Of a stretch of DNA of 64,000 bases, positions 1-8,262 are shown one piece after another. Under the pieces are notes generated by a model, which was not told where the DNA came from, did no database searches, and saw nothing but the letters and a program-made list of their open reading frames with translations. The translations under genes and the position numbers were made by a program. Positions within the stretch are counted from its first letter, which is position 1. Every line of letters starts with the position of its first letter. Location of the stretch: the NCBI GenBank assembly GCA_963809485.1, contig CAWEJX010000006.1, positions 370,836 to 434,835 on the forward strand, in the 5' to 3' direction. This stretch comes from an uncultured Acidobacteriota bacterium (lineage in GTDB: Bacteria > Acidobacteriota > UBA6911).

Positions 1-730
1 AACGGTTGTGCACGTGCTGGCGGGGGTTTCCGCGCTCGGGTCGGCCATGGTCATCGGCCCGCGCCATAAAGGCGCCCATGGAGCGCGTCCCAGCAATGTT
101 CCTTTCGTTATACTCGGCGCGGCGCTGCTCTGGTTCGGCTGGTTCGGCTTCAACGCCGGCAGCGCCCTGGCCATGAACGGCGTGGCCGTGAATGCCCTGG
201 TTACGACCAATATTGCGGCCGCGTTTGCGGCCCTGAGCTGGATGGCCGTGGACTGGACCCTTTGGGGCAAGCCTTCGGCAACCGGCGCTGCCACAGGCGC
301 GGTGTGCGGATTGGTGGCGATTACGCCGGCCGCAGGCTATGTCGACTCGACGGCGGCCGTCATTATCGGCCTTCTTGTCGGAATGATCTGCAGTTTCGCC
401 GTCGTGTTGCTGGATCGCACCAAACTGGACGACACGCTGGATGTCTTTGCCTGCCATGGCATGGGAGGAATTTTCGGCGCCATCGCGACCGGATTTTTCG
501 CTCAAAAATTCATCAATCCCGCCGGAGCGGACGGGTTGCTTTACGGCAACCCGAAGCAGGTCCTGATCCAGATTGCCGCGGTCGCAGCCACAGCGATTTG
601 GGGATTCGTGATGTCCATCGTGCTGCTCAAGATCATTGACCGGATCATGGGTCTTCGGGTTACGGCCGAGGAGGAAGAGGTGGGTCTGGATCTTTCACAG
701 CACGGAGAGAGCGCTTACAGCGCCGATTAA
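1..730 (+). CDS. amtB: Ammonium transporter AmtB (5' end truncated by window edge)
   Basis: Motifs VH..AG, LLWFGWFGFNAGS, GLVAITPAAG, DDTLDVFACHG, EEEVGLDLSQHGESAY; directly upstream of a P-II gene. Confidence 0.97.
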   Translation, partial: TVVHVLAGVSALGSAMVIGPRHKGAHGARPSNVPFVILGAALLWFGWFGFNAGSALAMNGVAVNALVTTNIAAAFAALSWMAVDWTLWGKPSATGAATGAVCGLVAITPAAGYVDSTAAVIIGLLVGMICSFAVVLLDRTKLDDTLDVFACHGMGGIFGAIATGFFAQKFINPAGADGLLYGNPKQVLIQIAAVAATAIWGFVMSIVLLKIIDRIMGLRVTAEEEEVGLDLSQHGESAYSAD

Positions 731-819
731 GGATTGTGGTATCGCACCGGTGTCAACGAATCAATGAATGACGCCCAAAGCGCAAATATCGAACCAGGGT
801 TTAATTGAGGAACAACATC

Positions 820-1158
820 ATGAAACTGATTCTGTCGATCATACGGCCTCATCGCCTTCAGGATGTAAAAGAAGCACTCTCACAAATCGGAGTCGCCGGG
901 CTGACGGTGACGGATGTGCGGGGAGCAGGCAGGCAGAAGGGCCAGGTAGAGCGATATCGCGGTTCGGAATACAGCATCGATCTTCTGGCAAAATGCAAGA
1001 TCGAGGTTGCCGTCACCGATGACCAGTGCGAAGAGGTTATCCAGGCGATACGAAAAAGCGCCTATTCGGGGGAAATTGGAGACGGCAAGATTTTCATACT
1101 TCCGCTCCAGGATGCCATGCGCATTCGCACCGGTGAAAGGGGAGAAGACTCCCTCTAG
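820..1158 (+). CDS. glnK: P-II nitrogen regulatory protein (GlnK/GlnB)
   Basis: ATG at 820 after GAGGA; T-loop GRQKGQVERYRGSEY with the uridylylatable Tyr, and GEIGDGKIF...RIRTGERG; linked to amtB. Confidence 0.95.
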   Translation: MKLILSIIRPHRLQDVKEALSQIGVAGLTVTDVRGAGRQKGQVERYRGSEYSIDLLAKCKIEVAVTDDQCEEVIQAIRKSAYSGEIGDGKIFILPLQDAMRIRTGERGEDSL

Positions 1159-1216
1159 CCGGGACGAGGGCTCTCTGTGCCCGGACCCTGATCCGTAATT
1201 GGATTTTTCGTGAGGA

Positions 1217-1304
1217 CAGGTCTCCAGGGACCGTCTCAAAACTACTTTCGCAAGATCCTCGCCGGCAGTTTTGAGACAGTCTCTCCAGACCCGTTCGGCT
1301 AACG
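1217..1304. repeat. ~90 bp MITE-like inverted-repeat element, copy 1
   Basis: GGGACCGTCTCAAAACT (1227-1243) pairs with AGTTTTGAGACAGTCTC (1267-1283); similar copy, including flanks, at 56452-56540. Confidence 0.8.
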
Positions 1305-1345
1305 GTACCTTTCAAGGCTGAACGGGCGCGTGCTTCCGGACTGCC

Positions 1346-3917
1346 ATGAATAAAAAAATCGAGCTGCTTCAGCACAAATTCCGTGAAGGGCGGTCGGAAT
1401 TGTTCCGCCACGTGACATGGAATGCGCCGTGCCATGTTCTGCTCGAGGCCCACGCATCGCTCGTCGATGGACTTGTACATGAAATCTACCAAATCTCCTG
1501 CGAGGCCGCGGACCGCAAGACTGCCCGTTCATCAAATTCGGGTCTGGCCATCGTGGCCACCGGCAGCTACGGAAGAAGGGAGCTGAATCCCTATTCCGAC
1601 ATCGACATCGCCTTCATCCCATCGGAGGAGGAGGATCCCTGGGTTGAGGCCCTGGTACACACGGCCTTCAGACTGGTTATGGATGTATTCCTCTCTCTTC
1701 GCGATGTCCATGTGGGGTATTCGTTCCGACCTGTGGCCGAGGCAAGCGCGTGGGACGTGCCAACCAAAACGGCCCTTCTTGATCTGCGGCACATTTGTGG
1801 GGACCGCCCCCTGGCGGACAGGCTGGCGAGTCGGATCCTTGGGGTGCTGTCGCCTTTGGACCTCATGCTCGAATCCCGGCCCGCAGGCGGGCCGCAACAA
1901 AATTCGCGCCCCTGCCTCTATTCGGTGGAACCCAATCTGAAAGAGGGGCCGGGTTCACTGCGGGACCTGCATCGTGCCCGATGGATATTCAGACTGCTTC
2001 CTGCATCGAATAACCTTAAGCTCGACCAGGCGCTCGAGGACCGCGCAGGCATATCAAAACAGCAGCTTGCAGAAGTCCGTGATGCCGCGGAGTGGTTCTG
2101 GCGCGCCCGGACCTGGCTCCATCTTGCTGCCGGCAGGCTTTCGGATGTGCTGATCACGAACTATCAGGACCGGATCGCGCGCGAATTGGATGGCTGTACG
2201 GCCCAGGAGTGGCTTTCGCGCCATCTGGCCCATTCCGAAACGTTGGCCAGGTTTCGGGAAACGGCGGTGCGAGCATTGCTTCAAGGCCCGCTGACGGTGA
2301 ATGGATCTGTTTTGGAAAATGGGTCCCTTCACCTGCAGGAAAAATTCTCCGTATCCGGCGCATGCAACAGGCATGTTCCTTGTTGCGCAGCGCTATTCGC
2401 TCCCCGTGAGCCTGAAGGACCTGAATCGACTGGAGGAAGAGAGAGCCAGTGCCCTGAGAATCCAGGAACCTTCCCGTGAAGAGGTCCGGGCATTCAATCA
2501 GATCCTTGGTGAGAGCCATGGGATTTCTTCTACGCTGCGGCTGCTGTCGAGGTTTGGAATCCTGGATCGGTTCATTCCGAACTATTCGGAAGTCATGCGC
2601 TTCGTGCCTCCGGATCCCGCCCACCGTCATACTGTGGGTGAGCATTCGATGCGCATTGTCGAACACCTCGAAAACCTTCGGGCGGGGCGGGATCCGGCAG
2701 GGCAGCGCTTCTCGGACTTGCTCGGCGAGTGTGCGCATTTCGATATGCTTTGCCTGGCCGCATTGCTTCACGATGCCGGGAAACTGGTGCCGGCAAAGGA
2801 TCACTGCCGCGCCGGCGCAGAGCTGGCAAATTCGGTTTCGGCCAGACTGAATCTCGCTCCCGAAAAGCAGGAGATCCTCGAAATCCTGGTTCGTCAGCAC
2901 CTGCTGCTCGTCCGCACGGCAAGGCTTCACGATCTGAAATCGACCCACGTCATCCGGAAGGCGGCGGCGCAGGTGCCCAGTCTCGAGGCATTGCGGCATC
3001 TCTATGTCTTCACGTATGTCGACAACGGCGCGGTGGCCGAAAACAACTGGACCTCGATGGATCTGAGAGACCTGGAGGACCTTTACGGGAAATTGAAGGA
3101 TTATGTCGCACGCCGCTCCGATGAAGCTCCCGATTTGAATGGACAGGAGGATCGGAGCGTCTCGATCCGCAAAAAACTGACCGCACTTCAGGCCCGGAAT
3201 GAAACCGCCGTTCTGAAGCACTGCGATGCAATGCCGGCCGGTTATGTTCTCAACACCCCTTTGGAAGAGATCGCCTTCCATCTGCAGCTTCTGGACAGGC
3301 TCGAAACTGAAGGTGTTGTGTTTGACTTCTACAATCGGCCGGGGGATGACTACTCAGAACTCACCGTCTGCACGCTGGATGATCCAAGGCCCGGCATGCT
3401 GGCAAAAATTGCAGGGGTTCTCTATGGATGCAATGTGGATATTCACAAAGCCCAGGCTTTCACCATCCGGAAACAGAAGCCCGTAGTTCTGGATACGCTC
3501 TGGATCCGATCCAATGGGATGCAGATTTCAGAAAGCAAAGCCCGGAGAATCCGGTCCGCGCTCAAAGAAGTCCTGACAGGCGCCAAAACCATCGATAATT
3601 TTCTCAAGCTGGCGGGAAAGACGCCGCCCGGCGGCATTGTGCTGGATGCCATCGATCTGCACAACGATCTTTCTGAAGAGCACACGGTGGTCCACATCGT
3701 GGCGCACGACCTGCAGGGCCTCCTCTATTTAATGACGCGAAGCCTGTCGCGTTGCGGGCTGGATATCCATTCTGCCAAAATCACCACGTGGAACGCGCGC
3801 GCCGAAAACAACTTTTACGTCACATCAATCACCGGCGGTCAGATACCCGATGAAGATTTGCAGGCATGGACCAACACGCTTGCCCGGGTATTGAGGGGCG
3901 ATGCCTTTGGAGCCTGA
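1346..3917 (+). CDS. glnD: [Protein-PII] uridylyltransferase GlnD, split by one frameshift at the A5 run 2340-2344
   Basis: ORF 1346-2479 has the NTase motif GSYGRRELNPYSDIDI and EPNLKEGPGSLRDLH; ORF 2301-3917 has an HD domain (HRHTVGEHS...ALLHDAGK) and two ACT domains; removing one A joins them. Confidence 0.92.
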
Positions 3918-4124
3918 ATCGTCGGCAGTTTCAAATCTTCTGGGTATTGTCGTTTGTGATTTGGGCAATCAAAGCCCTCATCGTCATTGTGCTCTATCGC
4001 CAAGGCGTCCATGCTTGAAAACCTGGAGATCAAGAACCACATTCGGCGGCTGCGGTTTGATACAAGCTATTTGCGACGGCAATGATGTAGAATAAACAAA
4101 ACCCGAAAAATCAGGAGGCAAAGA

Positions 4125-5105
4125 ATGGCGGAATTCAAACCAAACTACATCATCACAGAGATGAAGAAGAACGTCGTGCTGGCCTGGGGGCGTCCGAACA
4201 CACCTCTCGATGAATATATCCCCGGCCAGAATCGATCTATGGAGCACGTGCTATATATAGACGGCGATGTGGAACCCGGCACTTTTTACTCCGAGTGCCT
4301 CTGGTTTCTTTCACCGGATAAGGTCCACCCCGAGGCTGCAAGGAAGAATGCCGAAATGATGAAAACCCTGAAGCCCGGGCAAAAAATCGGGCCGCAGCCG
4401 CATATTCATCCGTTTGACGAGATTTTTACCTTTTTCGGCAGCAATTTTGACGATCCTTCCGACCTGTGCGGTGAAATGGAGTTCTGGCTGGAAGACCAGC
4501 CGGTGACCTTCAACAAAAGCTGTATTGTTTATATCCCTGCCGGATTGAAGCATTGCCCGCTGAATACGAAGAGGATGGACAAGCCGCTCTTTCACTTCAG
4601 CATGGGATACACTTCTTCGTATGACCACACCGTGCTCCAGGATAAGGGCGGGAAATTCGCGGGCGAAAAGGACATGCTCAAGTATTTTGTCTTTCAGGAC
4701 AAGGCGGACCGGAAAACTCCCGCTTACAGGCACAAAATCCCGGAAGGCTTTATAACCCGCGTAGCGCATCTTGACGCCGAGACTGTCCCGTGCTCCGAAT
4801 TTCATGCTGAAACATCGTGGATATGGCCTCCGGAAAGGTCCGGGCTCAAAGAACAGGATGTTTGTTTTGTCGACAAACACAAGCATTCCTTCTCGGAAGT
4901 CATTGCATTTTTCGGGAGCGACCTCGATGACATCCACAACCTTCACGGAGAAGTGGAACTTTGGGTGGAAGGGAAGCCTTATAGCATAAAGAAGAGCTTC
5001 GCCGCGATCATTCCGGAAGGCGTGGAGCACGGGCCGCTGACGATCCGGAACGTCAAAAAGCCCATTTTCCACTATACCGTCGGTCGCGCAAAATTGTACG
5101 CGTAG
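4125..5105 (+). CDS. Hypothetical protein with two tandem cupin-like repeats
   Basis: Repeated motif HxH.F.E...FFGS..DD...L.GE.E.W.E.....KS....IP.G..H.PL in both halves; RBS AGGAGG. Confidence 0.75.
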   Translation: MAEFKPNYIITEMKKNVVLAWGRPNTPLDEYIPGQNRSMEHVLYIDGDVEPGTFYSECLWFLSPDKVHPEAARKNAEMMKTLKPGQKIGPQPHIHPFDEIFTFFGSNFDDPSDLCGEMEFWLEDQPVTFNKSCIVYIPAGLKHCPLNTKRMDKPLFHFSMGYTSSYDHTVLQDKGGKFAGEKDMLKYFVFQDKADRKTPAYRHKIPEGFITRVAHLDAETVPCSEFHAETSWIWPPERSGLKEQDVCFVDKHKHSFSEVIAFFGSDLDDIHNLHGEVELWVEGKPYSIKKSFAAIIPEGVEHGPLTIRNVKKPIFHYTVGRAKLYA

Positions 5106-5280
5106 CTTCTCGGACGCCTGCTCATCCGCAATGATTTTTGGCGAGGATGGCCCGGAGAGGCTACCTCAAAGCTTGCGAGGGTGGCCGGAAGGCCGCCCCC
5201 AAAAAAACGAACGAGCGTAGTTTCGCACTCATGCGAACCGCTTCTATGCAAAATCCTGCCGGAAGCGCCGCGGAAACCCG

Positions 5281-5598
5281 TTACTCTATCGTCACCGCCG
5301 TACCGCTGGCGCTCACCATCAGCATGGTGCCCTTGCCGATCGTTTCATAGTCCAGGTCGACGCCGACGATTGCATTGGCGCCCATCGCCTGTGCCTGCGC
5401 CCCCATCTCCTCGACCGCGATACTTTTGGCTTTGCGCAATTCATTTTCGTAGGATGCCGAACGGCCGCCGACGATATCCCGGATCCCCGCAAAGAAATCC
5501 CTGAAAATATTTGCGCCCAGGATGGCCTCGCCGCTTACGAGCCCGTGATATTTGAGAATCTTTTTCCCTTCGATTGAGGGCGTCGTTACTGTGAGCAT
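5281..5598 (-). CDS. YbjQ/UPF0145 family protein
   Basis: [10 protein letters not shown]...[25 protein letters not shown]...GVDLDYE...[11 protein letters not shown]. Confidence 0.92.
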   Translation of the reverse strand: MLTVTTPSIEGKKILKYHGLVSGEAILGANIFRDFFAGIRDIVGGRSASYENELRKAKSIAVEEMGAQAQAMGANAIVGVDLDYETIGKGTMLMVSASGTAVTIE

Positions 5599-5686
5599 TG
5601 TCTCTTCCTTTCAGGTTATCTGGCTAATGTAGCACCCGGAACAGAGTATCACGACTCTATCCGTAATCCGGCCGAAGAATGCAGCG

Positions 5687-5920
5687 AGGTGTTCGGACAG
5701 GCGCTTCAACAGGCAATGCCAGGTGCAAAACGATTGTCAATCCAGCCAGCTGAAAGACTCAGCCCTGTGGATAAAGCTACGGGCATTATATACATCGACA
5801 CCGTGAAGTGTGACGGAAAGGTGTGTAGCTCTGCGGTGAAGCCTGGTGTGGCTTTTGCGGCAGTAGCAGCTCTGAAAGCAGCGGGAAGGGAAACATCCTG
5901 TCCCGGAAGCCGGGCACAAA
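5687..5920 (+). ncRNA. Putative structured RNA; possibly a degenerate group II intron 5' (domain I) remnant
   Basis: Several short hairpins (GCTGA-AAGAC-TCAGC, CCCTGTGG..CTACGGG, GGGAAGG..CCTGTCCC, CCCGG-AAG-CCGGG); resembles from memory the 5' ends of class IIB introns; no RT ORF follows. Confidence 0.4.
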
Positions 5921-6031
5921 CAGTTTTGGGCTTATGACCATGATAACAATCGTCCTTGTCTCCATCGACCTTGACTGCGTCCGCTTACAGGGCTATTTTG
6001 ACGGGACGATTCGCTTCCGGAGATATTTTAC

Positions 6032-7855
6032 ATGCTCCGTTGTTATGCTGCGGTGCGGAATATAGGCTTGATTCATGTCCTTGCGGCAGTAGTGGCTTAC
6101 GGGCTGGTTCCTGCCGCGACAGCGCAGCAGCCGGGGCCTCGCGATCAGGTCGTGGTCACTTCAAACCTGGATCCCGTCCCATTCGAAAACCTCTCCCGCA
6201 CTGTCACCGTCCTGACTCGCGAAGAGATCGGGCGAATGCCGGTTCGTTCCATCGCGGAGGTGCTGGATTATGCAAGCTCTGTCGATGTCAAATCGCGTGC
6301 GCCATTCGGATTACAGGCGGACCTGTCGGTGCGGGGCTCTTCCTACTCGCAAGTGCTCGTTCTGGTGGACGGAATCCGCATGAACAATTCCCAGACGGCT
6401 CATCACAATTCCGACTTTCCCGTCCAGCTGCAGGAGGTGGAAAGAATTGAAATCCTGAAGGGTGCCGGCTCGTCTCTCTATGGTGCCGATGCGTTCGGAG
6501 GCACCATCAATATCATAACGAGGCGTGACGTCGGAAAGGTGAACGCTTCGCTAATGGGTGGGCAGTTCGGCTTTTTCGAAGGAAGCTTCGGTGCGAGTTT
6601 CCGGAAGGCCGGCATCGATCAGTCCTTCAGCGCTTCGGCAGATCGTTCCACCGGTTTCATGTACGATCGCGATTTCACCAGCTTGAGTTTCAGCTCACGA
6701 ACGGGATTCGGAAAATCGTCGCTTTTCATCTCGCACCGGCGCGATGAATTTGGAGCGAATGGCTTCTATGGTCCGGCCCCCTCCCGGGAGTGGGAAAACC
6801 AGACGATGGTTTCGTTCGAACAGCAGATCGCTGTGCCTGCGCTCGACAGCAGTGTGTTTCGTGCGTACTATCGGACGCACGGAGACACATTTCTCTACGA
6901 TGTCCGGACCCCTGACCGCAATAGAAACAATCACCGGACCCACGAGGCTGGAACAACGGTGAAATCGAAATGGTCTTTGGCCGACAAGGCTGTGTTCTAT
7001 TTTGGCGCCGAGGCAGGCGCCGACGTCATACGCTCCAGCAATCTCGGGGATCATGAATATGGACGGTTGAGTCTGTTTGGAGAGGTCGAGTGGAAGCCGA
7101 AGAAGCAATTAACGGTCTACTCCGGTATCCGCTGGGATCGTTACACCAATTTTGGCGCTGCAGCCAACCCGTCGCTGAGCGCCAGCTGGTGGGTCGCTGC
7201 GCGCATCCGGCTCCGATCCTCAATCGGGCACGCCTTCCGGATCCCGACATTCACAGAACTGTACTACCATGACCCCAACAACGAGGCAGATCCGAACGTC
7301 GGGCCGGAGTCCTCGTGGTCGGGCGACGCGGGAGTCGATTTCCTCCCGGCAGGGAACTGGATGGGATCTCTGACATTCTTTTTTCGCAACGCGGAAGATG
7401 TGATCGACTGGATCCGCGACACGCCCGATGAAAAATGGCGCACTGCCAACATCCGCAAGTTGCGCGTCCGGGGCATGGAGGCGGGACTCGAACACTCGTT
7501 TTCTTCAGGCGTTCGCCTCGCGGTTCACTACACAACGATGGAAAACACGGCCGGCAAAATCGACTATTTCTCCAAATATGTATTGGATACTTCGCGGCAC
7601 TCGTGGGCTGCGTCAGGTTCGGTGGAACTGCCGTTCTCAATGACCTGCGGGCAGAAACTGGCTTTTACGAAACGCGCCAATGGCATGGACTACTGGCTCT
7701 GGGATCTGCGTCTCGAACGTCGCTTCCACATGTTCACGGCTGTGATGGATGTTACCAACCTGCTTAGCAGTCGTTATCAGGAAGTCATCGGCGTAGATAT
7801 GCCCGGTCGCTGGTTCATCGCCGGTCTGCGCTTTAACCTCCCCAGCCACCCATGA
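6032..7855 (+). CDS. TonB-dependent receptor, BtuB/CirA-like
   Basis: TonB-box-like DQVVVTS; plug motifs LSVRGS..QVLVLVDG and ERIEILKGAGSSLYGADAFGGTINIIT; barrel motif FRIPTFTELY; C-terminal PGRWFIAGLRF. Confidence 0.9.
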   Translation: MLRCYAAVRNIGLIHVLAAVVAYGLVPAATAQQPGPRDQVVVTSNLDPVPFENLSRTVTVLTREEIGRMPVRSIAEVLDYASSVDVKSRAPFGLQADLSVRGSSYSQVLVLVDGIRMNNSQTAHHNSDFPVQLQEVERIEILKGAGSSLYGADAFGGTINIITRRDVGKVNASLMGGQFGFFEGSFGASFRKAGIDQSFSASADRSTGFMYDRDFTSLSFSSRTGFGKSSLFISHRRDEFGANGFYGPAPSREWENQTMVSFEQQIAVPALDSSVFRAYYRTHGDTFLYDVRTPDRNRNNHRTHEAGTTVKSKWSLADKAVFYFGAEAGADVIRSSNLGDHEYGRLSLFGEVEWKPKKQLTVYSGIRWDRYTNFGAAANPSLSASWWVAARIRLRSSIGHAFRIPTFTELYYHDPNNEADPNVGPESSWSGDAGVDFLPAGNWMGSLTFFFRNAEDVIDWIRDTPDEKWRTANIRKLRVRGMEAGLEHSFSSGVRLAVHYTTMENTAGKIDYFSKYVLDTSRHSWAASGSVELPFSMTCGQKLAFTKRANGMDYWLWDLRLERRFHMFTAVMDVTNLLSSRYQEVIGVDMPGRWFIAGLRFNLPSHP

Positions 7856-8262
7856 GCATTGCCTAATGAAAGCCGGCGAATTTCATTCTGAGTCCAATCG
7901 AGTCCCGCGTATTTGGGAATGGTAGAGACCAAGCCTTGCAGGGCATTCGCTTCAAGCTGAGCAAAAGGCAGCTGCAGCGCTGGAAGTACGACATAGCTGG
8001 GGCGAAGGCTGCAAAGCGTCCGATGTCGTTATGTCCCTTAAGGGAGCATTCAGCCGGCCCCGCTGACGCCCGCGCAATAGAGCGATGGAGTTGCTCACGA
8101 AGCCGCGGACTGCCTGGATGCAGGATATCCCAGACCGCTTTGCAAACATGCCCCTTTTTTCTATTTTGGCAAAGCATAGGGATCTGCACGTCTGCGGACG
8201 GCTTGTGAAGTCGCATTCATTGGATTGCCTTCGCCCGGCCGCGACGCGAAATCTGTGGTTTT

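Noticed and set aside
1227-1283. Type II CRISPR repeat (GTTTTGAGAC resembles GTTTT-starting repeats)
   Set aside because: It is an inverted pair in isolated copies, not a direct-repeat array.
2340-2344. Programmed frameshift in glnD
   Set aside because: Short A5 run, no obvious stimulatory structure, and many similar indels elsewhere point to sequencing error.
5687-6031. Cobalamin riboswitch upstream of the BtuB-like receptor
   Set aside because: No convincing GGGAA..GGTG..AATCC, GCCCCCGC.ACTGT or B12-box segments; only a weak AAGCCGGG match.
7860-8260. ncRNA or small gene between the convergent TonB receptors
   Set aside because: Only one short stem and unsupported ORFs; no recognisable family.
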